Shown: positions 40,389 to 50,000 of the stretch, one piece after another | How the letters are laid out: each line of letters begins with the position of its first letter | Position numbering within the stretch: position 1 is the stretch's first letter | Virus record (IMG/VR): IMGVR_UViG_3300031521_000009 | DNA from: a virus | Length of the DNA stretch: 64,000 nucleotides | Reading direction: 5' to 3' (one strand) | The notes under the pieces: generated by a model | Databases searched by the model: none | Told to the model about the DNA's origin: nothing | Seen by the model: only the letters and a program-made list of their open reading frames with translations | Position numbers and translations under genes: made by a program

Positions 40389-41825
40389 TTAATATTTTAC
40401 TGGACGATAAAGTTCAGCAATACCGTTTACGTCAAGTAAAGCTGCACCAGTTTCCCATAGGATGTGGTGGTGTTTACCATCCACTGAGTTGGCCATGTCG
40501 CCACCTTTGTTGATACCATTTACTTCACCTTCTAACCAACCGCGTTTTCCAAGTTGCAATAACTCAATTGCTGGTTGATTGATTTCAACATCTCCCAATG
40601 ATACAAAGATTGCATTATGAGAACTGTTACGGGTTCCATCAGCACCATAAGTGGTTGCACGTTGAGGATTATCAAACCATGGCACTACAGTAGGAATCAT
40701 TTTGACACCACCAAATTCATAGTATTCATAATCCAAGTTGATACCTTTCTTACCATTACCACCCATCTCAACTGTTTTAGGGTCGATACCGGCTTGTTCA
40801 CGCATAAGCTTAGCAAATCCTTTGTAGAACTGCATACCACAGATTACGGCTACCTCAGTTCCCCATGAAGAAGAATAGATAGAAATGTTTTCCATGATAT
40901 TATCAATGACACGTGTTGAAATAACATTGTAAGGTAATCTCCAAGCACCATCGCCTTGATTCAAGATACCATCACCGGCCATTACTTCAAATCCTTCATT
41001 TGTTTTCAACAGAACTTTATCATCTGCAGTAACAGTTGATTTTCCGTTCAACAATTGTTTTTCACGATACATAGCGGCACGTTCAAGCATTTGAATCTGT
41101 GCATGGTCAGCCCACATAGAAACGCCATTATGTTCCATCCAAATAGCACTAGGACGATATTCATCAGCAGTACCAGACATAGACCATTTCAAACGTTGAA
41201 TAGTCATGTGAGTATATGCCTTTTCGTCAAAGGTATATTTTTCGTAAGCTGTTTCTGACATTTCTTCGAATGAAGTATGTGAGATACTAACTTCTTGTCC
41301 AATAGCAAGCAAATTCGGATTTACATAATCACCCGATACATTGGTCATGATTTTTACACGGTAATGGAAAATTCCGGCATCAACTTCTTGTGGAAGAGTC
41401 GAGTCGGAAACGTGTACATAAGTTTGGTTATCGGCAAGTTCAAGAACATCTTTTGGAGAGAACCAATTGGTATCAAGATACAAGTCAATCCACGTTTGGT
41501 TACGACCAGGTTCATTAGGGAATGCATCACATTTGAATGCAGCAATAACGCGAGCTTTACGATCCGGATAACCTTTGACATTCCACATTACTTTGCGGTT
41601 ACCAACGATTTTATACTTTCCTGATTTTGGATTCAAAGGATCAGCAAGTTTTCCCGAGAACATATTACGACCGGCAAGTAATGAACTAAATGCAGTTACA
41701 TTTTTACGGAAAAGGGTAGTTACTTGTGCAAGCATATGTGGTGCTGCAATCAAGTATTGTGACATGTGTTTTGATGTCGGAGTTTGATTAGCGAACTCTT
41801 GTGGTGCGCCAGGTAAAATTCTCAT
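40389..41825 (-). CDS. major capsid protein
   Basis: 478 aa; order terminase-portal-scaffold-MCP; motifs FEEMSE, GDGILNQ and MANSVDG typical of crAss-like MCPs; codon usage of a highly expressed gene. Confidence 0.85.
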   Translation of the reverse strand: MRILPGAPQEFANQTPTSKHMSQYLIAAPHMLAQVTTLFRKNVTAFSSLLAGRNMFSGKLADPLNPKSGKYKIVGNRKVMWNVKGYPDRKARVIAAFKCDAFPNEPGRNQTWIDLYLDTNWFSPKDVLELADNQTYVHVSDSTLPQEVDAGIFHYRVKIMTNVSGDYVNPNLLAIGQEVSISHTSFEEMSETAYEKYTFDEKAYTHMTIQRLKWSMSGTADEYRPSAIWMEHNGVSMWADHAQIQMLERAAMYREKQLLNGKSTVTADDKVLLKTNEGFEVMAGDGILNQGDGAWRLPYNVISTRVIDNIMENISIYSSSWGTEVAVICGMQFYKGFAKLMREQAGIDPKTVEMGGNGKKGINLDYEYYEFGGVKMIPTVVPWFDNPQRATTYGADGTRNSSHNAIFVSLGDVEINQPAIELLQLGKRGWLEGEVNGINKGGDMANSVDGKHHHILWETGAALLDVNGIAELYRPVKY

Positions 41826-41849
41826 GATGAATTTGATTAATAGAGTTGA

Positions 41850-42899
41850 TTATTTTTCTGACTGTTCAAGCAATCTCAATTCAGATTCGAAATCTAATGA
41901 TTGACCAGTCTTGCGAGCGCCTACACCAGAGAAATTTGGAGTAATGCTTAATGACTTAAGCAATGCTTCTTTTCCACCTTCGCGCCCCTTGGTAATTGTT
42001 TCGATTACCTTTTCTTCTCCAAACTTAGCAACCATTACAAACATTTTGTACAATGTCATATTGTCTGACAATATATCATCGATTAAACGTTCACCGGTTT
42101 CTTTGTTAGGAATAACAACTCTTTCAAATTCTGCTAAAAACTGATCATGGGTTTCTTGATTGACAGGAATACCATAAATAGAATCAACTTTTGAAAGACT
42201 TTCTTTAAGAGTATTCAATTCGCTTTTTGTTTCACTCAACATTTGATTGTACTGAGCTTCATAAGTAGCAGATTGATTTTCCTTATATTCTTTTACAAGA
42301 TTGTCATTGTAGTTCTTGATATTTTCATCAATTACCAAAGCGGCATCTTGCTTTTGTATTTTTGTCATTCGACCAATTTCTTGTAAGATATCATCATCAG
42401 TCAAACCACTAGGATTTTTTTCTGAATCATAAATACCATAACGAGTCTTTAAATCGAATGCTATTTTTTCATCAATAGAAAATTTGCTTGCATCAACATA
42501 CTGTTCTGATACATTTGTTACCAAATCATTAATCGTTAGATTAGGATTGGTAGCTGTCAAATCTTGTATCTGTTGTGCTAATGGATGAAGAACCGGTTTC
42601 TCTAAACCAAACTTCTGTGCAACGAATGGACGAAGTAAATCATTCTCTGTTTCTGCAGTAATCTTTTCAGGCATTTTAAAGCCTTCTAAATCTTTAAATG
42701 AATCCCACAAAGGGCTAGGAGTATAAACTTCCTCTACGATACTTTTAGATACTTCCTCAGCAGGCTTTTCAACTTTAATAGGTTCTTCAAATGTTCCAGC
42801 CGGTGCTTCTAATCTTTGAAGTTCTTCCGCAGAAAAGCCACCAGAGGTATCTTGTCCCTCGGCGGCTTCTTCCATTTTAAAAAATAATGGCTTATACAT
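41850..42899 (-). CDS. putative capsid scaffolding protein
   Basis: Acidic, helical 349-aa protein immediately upstream of the MCP gene. Confidence 0.6.
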   Translation of the reverse strand: MYKPLFFKMEEAAEGQDTSGGFSAEELQRLEAPAGTFEEPIKVEKPAEEVSKSIVEEVYTPSPLWDSFKDLEGFKMPEKITAETENDLLRPFVAQKFGLEKPVLHPLAQQIQDLTATNPNLTINDLVTNVSEQYVDASKFSIDEKIAFDLKTRYGIYDSEKNPSGLTDDDILQEIGRMTKIQKQDAALVIDENIKNYNDNLVKEYKENQSATYEAQYNQMLSETKSELNTLKESLSKVDSIYGIPVNQETHDQFLAEFERVVIPNKETGERLIDDILSDNMTLYKMFVMVAKFGEEKVIETITKGREGGKEALLKSLSITPNFSGVGARKTGQSLDFESELRLLEQSEK

Positions 42900-43311
42900 T
42901 GATCAAATCATTAAAGTTAGTATCAACTCCTAAAAGATAAGTATCACTTACTACCAAAGCAAGAGCACTTTTTACAACAATTTGTTGTGCTGCATTAGCC
43001 ATTGATGGATTGTAATAAACAATATCGCCAGCTTTAAATTGACTACTTCCACTTTCCATAATAACAGCCAAATGTGGATGAACACCTTTGAACTCTTCTA
43101 ATGATGGTTTGTAATTTTCCATCTTAATCATACGTTCAGTATAAGGAACAGTAATCGGGCAAATAAGAACTTCACCACTATTGTTTATTGTTCTACACTT
43201 GAAACCAGTTTGACCTGGGTCACATACTTCAATAAGTGATGGATAATTTTTAATCCCATTGTTCTTAGATTGAATATCTTCAATCGCTTTTTCTAATCTG
43301 TCTTTAAACAT
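42892..43311 (-). CDS. GroES-like co-chaperonin
   Basis: GEVLI...AVIMESGSSQFKAGDIVYY...LVVSDTYLLGV parallels GroES DRVLV...G.VVAVG...VKVGD.V.F...LI..E.DILAV. Confidence 0.6.
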   Translation of the reverse strand: MFKDRLEKAIEDIQSKNNGIKNYPSLIEVCDPGQTGFKCRTINNSGEVLICPITVPYTERMIKMENYKPSLEEFKGVHPHLAVIMESGSSQFKAGDIVYYNPSMANAAQQIVVKSALALVVSDTYLLGVDTNFNDLINV

Positions 43312-43340
43312 AAGTGTTTGATTTGATTAATAATATGTTG

Positions 43341-43348
43341 CAAATATA
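43341..43348 (-). promoter_or_regulatory. Bacteroidota -7 promoter element (TATATTTG) upstream of the GroES-scaffold-MCP operon
   Basis: TAnnTTTG in a short intergenic gap ~30 nt before the start codon. Confidence 0.55.
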
Positions 43349-43363
43349 TGAATAATTTAATTA

Positions 43364-45886
43364 CTATGAGTCTTTTATATTTACTTTGTTCCTCATGTTT
43401 TTATCGAGATCAACATGCATCTTACGAAGTGATTGCATTTCTCCTGTTTTAATTTGTGCTTCTGACAAAATTGCATTCATCTTAATTTCAAACTGTTTCA
43501 TCATTTCTTGTACTCTATTTACTCTACCTTCTTCTTGTAAGTAAGCTGATTCAATATCATTCTGTGCCATGATTTTGAAGTTTTCAGTTTTCTCTTTAAC
43601 AACAAGTTCTCGTTCTTTGAACTCTGATTCCCATTCATAACGTTTTTCATCAAGTTGCAAACGAGCTTTTTCTATTTCCCTTGAAGCTAAATCAAATTCA
43701 TCTTTTGTTTTTAAAAGCTGCATATCAATCTGAGCTTGCAAGTTCATTGTTTTTTGCTTAGCTTCTTCTTTTGCTGTTTCAGTAGCTGCTGCATTCTGTT
43801 GTCTGATTGCTTCGGCTTCTTTAGACATTTGAATAAGTTTGTTTTCCATCTCAGTCAAATCATCAATCTTAAACATACTTACTACAGAAGTAAATGGAAG
43901 TTCGGCCCGTCCCCATGATTGCATTGCTGCAGTACGTAAATCTTCAAGTCTTGATTCTTCTTTTACATTATTAGAAGAGTATATACGAAAATCAGAACCA
44001 TTTAATGTTCCCTTTGGAATTTGAACTAAAACTTCTTCTAAGTCTTTATCAAGATAATTTAGAACTTTACCATCTTTCCATGAATAACGTATTTTTAAGT
44101 TCAAGAATAATTCAATAGCCTTATCAAAGACTACATCATTTTCTGAGAACTGTATTTCAGTAATAAGAGAAGATTGTTCCCTAGACATGTTTACATTACT
44201 TACTGGATCAGAAGATACAAATTGACCAAGTGAAGCATCAGTAATACCAATGAGTTTACCTATTAATGAATCTATGCCATTAAGAACATTATCAATGAAA
44301 GTAATACTTTGAGTAATGGTATCATCATAGTTTTGGAATTGATTATAAGAAGCCGGTGTTTTACGACCTTTCTTCATTGTTTCAATCCACATGGTTCCAA
44401 GCTTACGATAGTACATCCATTTACCCGAAGTCATGTTATCAGGTTTTTGGCTTTTATCCATTATCATACCTTTTACTCCGGATAAGGCAATTGTAAGTTC
44501 TTTCTTATAATTTACAATATCATAAAGTTCTATCAGTTCTCGTACTCTCCATATAAGAGAATATGGTTTTTCAGACGCTGTGTTGAATGATCTGGCAACA
44601 AGTGGCAGTGTAGGAAGTCCAGGCATATCAAGTGGTCTAAAAACGTTCTCTTGTTTACCCATATTGACATGAATAACGTTTCCAATAACAACAACATGAT
44701 ACATATCATAAATGACAGCGCGATTACGTATTTCATCTTTTCTTAGTTTAGCATCTTTTGTTGTGAGATGTACAAAGTATTCTTCCGGACGATATTTGTT
44801 TGGTGTTTTTTTCCAAAATATTTCGCGAGGTACCAAAAACCAAATACGTGATACTTCAATTGCATTATGTTGATCATTGAAGTTTTCACTATTATCAAAG
44901 TAAACACTATTACCAATATAGTTTTTTAAAGCAGTAGCATCACCAAGACTGTATGCTTGAATAATTAGTTCCTCAGATTTTGTCAATTCAAATTCAGAGA
45001 ATACTTGACTTTTATTCATATACTCTTTTGTAAAACACCACTCACCATTTTGTGTCCAACGGTTATTTCCACCTTTAGAATAAGCTGCAGTATTAGCATC
45101 AACTTGTTTGAAAACTACATTCTTTGTTCTAGGATTGTAGTAAGTAATATAAGTTGGTTTACCGGTTACAATTTTTTCACGAAGTCCTACATTCCAATGT
45201 TGTTTTAAATCTTCTGTCTGAATAGCTGATTTTAATGCAGCATTAGCAACTTGTTGCATTATTTCAACATCAGTATTTAGCAAGAAATAATCAATATGTT
45301 TTTGCATTTCATTATTATCCAATGAAACACGAGAAAGATTTCTGATAATTTTCTGCATCTCCAATTGGATCATAGGCATATTCTTTTTCAGTTCTTCCAT
45401 TTGAACTTGTGCTTGTTCGTTGTTCGGTTGAACTTCTAATTGCTTTTGCATATCACTCATTCTATCTTGAACTTGTTGAATCTGCTGTTGAACAATAGCA
45501 TCACGTTCTTTATACATTTCCAAGCGAGCATTTAGACTAGCTTTAATGCGATTTTCATACTTCAATTGAAGTGTACGTTCATCCATAGCAATTGCTTTGC
45601 TTTTGAATGACCTACGAGCTTGTTTAGACTCTAAGATATTAAGTTTGCTTCTCACAATCTCATTACCTATATTTCTAAACTTGGCCGGATAAGTAAAACC
45701 CTCAACCTTTGTTAAGTATTCAAACTTTGTATTATCTACAATACCATGGTAAATATTCCAACATTTCCTGTCTTTTACATTATCTTCATGAAAATCAGAA
45801 GCACCGGATGATAAAATATATTTGGCAACTTCTTTGAAATAGTTGTCATCTTTATTCTCGTTATTGATTAATTTTTCTGGAAACAT
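43364..45886 (-). CDS. portal protein
   Basis: ~840 aa from MFPEKL, directly after the terminase gene; long C-terminal coiled-coil barrel typical of crAss/P22-like portals. Confidence 0.85.
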   Translation of the reverse strand: MFPEKLINNENKDDNYFKEVAKYILSSGASDFHEDNVKDRKCWNIYHGIVDNTKFEYLTKVEGFTYPAKFRNIGNEIVRSKLNILESKQARRSFKSKAIAMDERTLQLKYENRIKASLNARLEMYKERDAIVQQQIQQVQDRMSDMQKQLEVQPNNEQAQVQMEELKKNMPMIQLEMQKIIRNLSRVSLDNNEMQKHIDYFLLNTDVEIMQQVANAALKSAIQTEDLKQHWNVGLREKIVTGKPTYITYYNPRTKNVVFKQVDANTAAYSKGGNNRWTQNGEWCFTKEYMNKSQVFSEFELTKSEELIIQAYSLGDATALKNYIGNSVYFDNSENFNDQHNAIEVSRIWFLVPREIFWKKTPNKYRPEEYFVHLTTKDAKLRKDEIRNRAVIYDMYHVVVIGNVIHVNMGKQENVFRPLDMPGLPTLPLVARSFNTASEKPYSLIWRVRELIELYDIVNYKKELTIALSGVKGMIMDKSQKPDNMTSGKWMYYRKLGTMWIETMKKGRKTPASYNQFQNYDDTITQSITFIDNVLNGIDSLIGKLIGITDASLGQFVSSDPVSNVNMSREQSSLITEIQFSENDVVFDKAIELFLNLKIRYSWKDGKVLNYLDKDLEEVLVQIPKGTLNGSDFRIYSSNNVKEESRLEDLRTAAMQSWGRAELPFTSVVSMFKIDDLTEMENKLIQMSKEAEAIRQQNAAATETAKEEAKQKTMNLQAQIDMQLLKTKDEFDLASREIEKARLQLDEKRYEWESEFKERELVVKEKTENFKIMAQNDIESAYLQEEGRVNRVQEMMKQFEIKMNAILSEAQIKTGEMQSLRKMHVDLDKNMRNKVNIKDS

Positions 45887-45896
45887 AATATTGATT

Positions 45897-47933
45897 TTAA
45901 GAAGCGAATTTAATATTTTGATTATTCTCAGATACATATCCACCATATGTGTCCTCTTCTAGTTCTTCTCCTTCTGAATAGGCTGCGAACTCTTGTGTTT
46001 CTAATGCACTGGCAACATTTAATGCACTGGCAATTGTAATATCACAATTATATTTTGGTGACTTTTTGAATTTGGCAAAAGCTTCAATCTGTCGTATATC
46101 AAACATCTTATCAATAATGGCAAAATCATCTTGCTTCATCTTATCTCTCCAAATATTTAAAGCATGTGGTATAAATGATTGTTCTACTCCATAACGTTGT
46201 GCAGCCTTACCATCTTGTACATATTGACTAATTACCATTTGTGGGCGTTCTTGTAATAGAAACTCACAACCGGCCCGCTTATAATAATCAAAAATCAATA
46301 CATTGGAATATTCAATCAAATTCTCACACTCACCATAGAGATAACAAAGCTTTATTGAATCTTCATAGAACTGATAATTTCCACCTTCATCTTCTGTTGG
46401 TCGTTCTGTCACCCGGGCAACCCAATGATCAAATGTATGATGTGAATCAATAGCTCCTTTCCAAATAGAACAACTACCCAATGAGAATGATGTTTCACTT
46501 TCTACTTTGTCATAGCTGTCCGTAGCGGCACTATAAAGATTTTTCCATACTTTCCCATAGCCATCAACTTCCGGTGCCTGTATGATAAGGAAACGACCTA
46601 ATTCAGATGGTACAAGTTCTACTCCTTTACCCCAATCAAATGGATCAATCCAATTGATTTCTGCATTGTAAGCAATTTGCTGTTCACGATGGGTAAGAAG
46701 ATATCGTTTTCTATCATTCAATTTTTGATTAGCCGTTTCTCCAAGAAAACCACCAGTAGCCACCATAAACATTTGTGATAAATAGAGTGGTTTAGCAGTA
46801 AGAGCAATGTAACGCTCAGAAGAATTTTTACTCGATAATTCTTTTTGAATCGAAACAATACTTTCCTCTATCAAACTATTACCATCTTCATCAATAATTT
46901 CAAACTCATAAGCTGGAACAAAGGCCGCTACCTTACCAGTCGAAGAGATTTCATCTTCTTCCCATATATTATCAAACTCGAGTAAGTCAAACTTAGCCGG
47001 ATTGTATGCCATTTCCTCTACATCAGCAACAGACTCGTCCATATCACCACCAGTACCAATATACATTTGATAACCGGTTTTGTCACCCTCTGCGAGTAGA
47101 GATGGTTTGACAAACTCTGCAGTTTGCTTAAGCGTGTCTTTTTTCCACTTTCCAATTTCTTCATATAATATCCAAAAAGGTGTAAGTCCTGAAACAGCTT
47201 GCGTATTATCTTTTGCAGTAATACAGTAGACTTCACTACCAAAACCGAGCATAAGCGTTCTTTTCTCTCCGGTTTCTTCATTTATTACTTCTTCACGATA
47301 TGAAGATTTAATATAGTCATTTCTATTTGGTGACCTACGTTTGTAGAACTCACTATCTCCTAGCCAATCCAAACCACGAACTACATTACTCATGGTATGC
47401 TCAGCATAGTTTCCTTGACCGGCAACAATTACATTTTGTGATCCTGGAATAAAAATGAAGTTGTAACCAATATTACTTGCAGCATATTCAGAGAATCCTT
47501 TCTGTCTTGACTTAGGAAATAACAAATCTTTTGCATTTAAGAACATAAGTTCTATACACATGAATTTGAAATAATCTAATGATGTAAATTTAGGATGGCG
47601 TTTATCCTTTCTCTTTACGTTATCAAGCTTAGCTAAGATTACCCAAAAATTTAAATAGAAATACATTCGCCCGGGAATCCAAATATCATATCCACGCTTT
47701 GTAGCATTTGGAACAATATATCCTTTGACACAACGACGATATTGTTCATGCCACCACGCTTGGTAGTCTGGACTATCTTTATTGGGTTGCATTTCATTCT
47801 TGTTATAGATAACAGGACTGAAACGTTTAGTATCTTTGAAATCTCTTGTTAGACACATGTTATCAATGTCCGGAACAAGTGTTCTATCCATTGCTAAAAT
47901 ATCATCTAAATATGTAAGCTTAATATCAGCCAT
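45897..47933 (-). CDS. terL: terminase large subunit
   Basis: KSRQKGFS (Walker A), LYEEIGKW (Walker B), GTGG coupling motif and ATDSYD nuclease motif. Confidence 0.92.
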   Translation of the reverse strand: MADIKLTYLDDILAMDRTLVPDIDNMCLTRDFKDTKRFSPVIYNKNEMQPNKDSPDYQAWWHEQYRRCVKGYIVPNATKRGYDIWIPGRMYFYLNFWVILAKLDNVKRKDKRHPKFTSLDYFKFMCIELMFLNAKDLLFPKSRQKGFSEYAASNIGYNFIFIPGSQNVIVAGQGNYAEHTMSNVVRGLDWLGDSEFYKRRSPNRNDYIKSSYREEVINEETGEKRTLMLGFGSEVYCITAKDNTQAVSGLTPFWILYEEIGKWKKDTLKQTAEFVKPSLLAEGDKTGYQMYIGTGGDMDESVADVEEMAYNPAKFDLLEFDNIWEEDEISSTGKVAAFVPAYEFEIIDEDGNSLIEESIVSIQKELSSKNSSERYIALTAKPLYLSQMFMVATGGFLGETANQKLNDRKRYLLTHREQQIAYNAEINWIDPFDWGKGVELVPSELGRFLIIQAPEVDGYGKVWKNLYSAATDSYDKVESETSFSLGSCSIWKGAIDSHHTFDHWVARVTERPTEDEGGNYQFYEDSIKLCYLYGECENLIEYSNVLIFDYYKRAGCEFLLQERPQMVISQYVQDGKAAQRYGVEQSFIPHALNIWRDKMKQDDFAIIDKMFDIRQIEAFAKFKKSPKYNCDITIASALNVASALETQEFAAYSEGEELEEDTYGGYVSENNQNIKFAS

Positions 47934-47936
47934 AAA

Positions 47937-48578
47937 TTATTTTGCTATAAAATATCCACCTATTGCACCGGCGCCTAAATAAAACCAAATATCATTTTTA
48001 CTCCACCATCCCGTTGAACGTTTTAATGCTCCAATCAAATCTTTTTTTTCTTTTTGAAGAACAAGATTTTCATTTTTGGATTGTTCTGTTTCTTCTACTT
48101 GTAGAAAGTATTTTTTAGTTACATCAGTCAGACTTAATTCGGTACTTGCTAATTTTTTCTCAGTACTTTTTATGATGGTATCTTTCTGCTGCAGAGAAAT
48201 ATTTTTTAGTCCTACAAGACTGTCACAATTTGCAAGAGTATGCTTAGTAGTATCGGTATTATAATCATTCTCAAACTTACTTATCTTATTTGTAAGAACT
48301 GAATTTTTGTTCTTATAAGTAGTAATCGTTTTAGTTGATTCTAAGCGATCTTTAGCCCTCAAAGTATTCACACTATCGATAGAGTCTTTTAATTGCTTAC
48401 GATAAGCGCTAGTTGCTGTATTATACCCATTACGATATGCAGATGATAGTTCTTGATTTACAATCAAGTTAGATGCTTGTTTTGATTGACATGATTTAAA
48501 CCAACCGCCAATAAACAACAAAAGCGCGATAGAAATTATCGCACTTATTATCCAGTTTTTCTTTATATATTTTATCAT
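47937..48578 (-). CDS. spanin-like lysis protein (N-terminal TM/signal, coiled coil, C-terminal TM)
   Basis: Hydrophobic N-terminus ending FKSC, long coiled coil and C-terminal WFYLGAGAIGGYFIAK; last gene of the lysis cassette. Confidence 0.55.
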   Translation of the reverse strand: MIKYIKKNWIISAIISIALLLFIGGWFKSCQSKQASNLIVNQELSSAYRNGYNTATSAYRKQLKDSIDSVNTLRAKDRLESTKTITTYKNKNSVLTNKISKFENDYNTDTTKHTLANCDSLVGLKNISLQQKDTIIKSTEKKLASTELSLTDVTKKYFLQVEETEQSKNENLVLQKEKKDLIGALKRSTGWWSKNDIWFYLGAGAIGGYFIAK

Positions 48579-48796
48579 TGTTCTCGCGTCCCTCCTGTTA
48601 CGTCACTATCTTTTGTAAGAAAAGCAATTATTGCTGCAAGGAATATACTAATAGGAGAAAGGACCGATGCAACATCAAGAAGTGTGCATTTACCGGTATA
48701 AACAAGAAATAAACAAATGAATAAAACAATTATTCCAATAACACCCATTAAAGATGTTTTCCATGATTTGTGCTTATAAGAAGTACGTGGTTTCAT
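48575..48796 (-). CDS. holin (2 TM)
   Basis: SWKTSLMG motif, two hydrophobic helices and a KDSDVTGG tail; adjacent to the endolysin. Confidence 0.7.
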   Translation of the reverse strand: MKPRTSYKHKSWKTSLMGVIGIIVLFICLFLVYTGKCTLLDVASVLSPISIFLAAIIAFLTKDSDVTGGTREQ

Positions 48797-48866
48797 AATT
48801 ATTAATTTTATGTGTAAATACAACATTAGGGAATGAACTTAATCACTCCCTAATAGATAATAAATA

Positions 48867-48938
48867 TCAACAAGTTTTCTTGTTTGACATTGGTTTCTTC
48901 TTTCCAGAAGAAGCAGGTTTTTTCTTTGTACCAGCCAT
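48867..48938 (-). CDS. 23-aa Lys-rich peptide (missing from the ORF track)
   Basis: MAGTKKKPASSGKKKPMSNKKTC*, preceded by AAAACTAAACATT and followed by a hairpin at about 48826-48853. Confidence 0.5.
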   Translation of the reverse strand: MAGTKKKPASSGKKKPMSNKKTC

Positions 48939-48962
48939 AATGTTTAGTTTTAAAAATGAATA

Positions 48963-49451
48963 CTACCGACCAAAGTAAAGTTTTACATCAAGTTTTCTAC
49001 GCTTAATCAAACCATTGGAAGGTTTACCTTTCGAATTAATCCATTTATTAAACTCATGTTCAATATTTGGATCGTTGGAATTTGCAAGAACAAGTTTTAA
49101 AAGACGACTGTCGCCAAGTCCTTCTGGTGTAGAATCAATATCAATATCGCTACCAACATTGTAAGCAAAATCTACAAGTGCATCAAATTTACCTTGATTT
49201 ACTTCAACTGGACCAAGTAAGTAAATTACATCTTTCTCAAATTGTCTTACATCATATTTTAAAAGTTCGTCAGCTTTACTTTGTGTAATAGCAGGATCTT
49301 TCAGACTTACACGAACACCATTTGAATATCGAGTACTACCCCAACCAATAGTAGGAATACCAGATTGACATAAATAAGGTTTAAGTTCACACCCTTCACA
49401 TGATTTTAATACTGCATATCCTTTTTCTGAAAATTTTAAATTTGTATTCAT
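48963..49451 (-). CDS. endolysin, GH24 (T4/P1-type lysozyme)
   Basis: EGCELKPYLCQSGIPTIGWG shows the E-x8-(D/C)-x5-T triad; FDALVDFAYNVG; GLIKRR. Confidence 0.92.
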   Translation of the reverse strand: MNTNLKFSEKGYAVLKSCEGCELKPYLCQSGIPTIGWGSTRYSNGVRVSLKDPAITQSKADELLKYDVRQFEKDVIYLLGPVEVNQGKFDALVDFAYNVGSDIDIDSTPEGLGDSRLLKLVLANSNDPNIEHEFNKWINSKGKPSNGLIKRRKLDVKLYFGR

Positions 49452-49464
49452 AATATGTATTTAT

Positions 49465-49836
49465 TTAATCCGATTTATTTTCAATATCTAAAGCACGCAT
49501 TTTAATTGCTACTGGACAATTATCTGTATTGTCTTTATTATGTTTGCAACTTTTATTAGAACTTACAATCATTCTATATGCTGAGATAAGTCTTTGTGAA
49601 CGATTATCTTTTTTTAGAAGTTTTTCAACATCTTGTTCAAGAGTTTCAATTTTCTTCTCAGCTTCTAATTTCCATTTAAGAAGAAGATTTAGTGAAGTCT
49701 CCCATGATTGATTTTCTTTGATAATTGCATTACTTTTTCGAATGCTAATAGAGGATGGAGAAAAATATGAAACAATACTCATTGCTCCACCAGCAGCTCC
49801 AATAGCTCCACCTATTAATATTAAAATATTATCCAT
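49465..49836 (-). CDS. membrane-anchored coiled-coil protein (holin/antiholin-like)
   Basis: N-terminal Gly-rich TM helix, coiled coil and C-terminal C-x8-CP; directly upstream of the endolysin. Confidence 0.5.
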   Translation of the reverse strand: MDNILILIGGAIGAAGGAMSIVSYFSPSSISIRKSNAIIKENQSWETSLNLLLKWKLEAEKKIETLEQDVEKLLKKDNRSQRLISAYRMIVSSNKSCKHNKDNTDNCPVAIKMRALDIENKSD

Positions 49837-50000
49837 CGTTTTCTTTTTATATAAGTTTCGTCAATTTTTTTTGATTCCTCTAGTAGTCGTATTAAATGAT
49901 CTATTTCATTAGCAGTCATATTATCACAAACTCCATTATCTATTGCTTTTATAACTCTTTTGAAGAGTCGTATGATTGTTTTTTTTAGCGTAGCATCCAT
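49821..50000 (-). CDS. 59-aa protein, paralogue of the N-terminal domain of the HTH protein at 61839 (missing from the ORF track)
   Basis: MDATLKKTIIRLFKRVIKAIDNGVCDNMTANEIDHLIRLLEESKKIDETYIKRKRWIIF*; overlaps both neighbours; aligns without gaps to VLKMIENNECEDLTNEELEQISILI. Confidence 0.75.
   Translation of the reverse strand: MDATLKKTIIRLFKRVIKAIDNGVCDNMTANEIDHLIRLLEESKKIDETYIKRKRWIIF

Noticed and set aside
45887-45946. Track N-terminal extension of the portal gene
   Set aside because: It overlaps the terminase end; ATG 45886, after a short A/T spacer, is more plausible.
40389-47933. Inteins or group I introns in terminase, portal or MCP
   Set aside because: The ORFs are continuous, of normal length, and show no obvious splicing or homing-endonuclease motifs.
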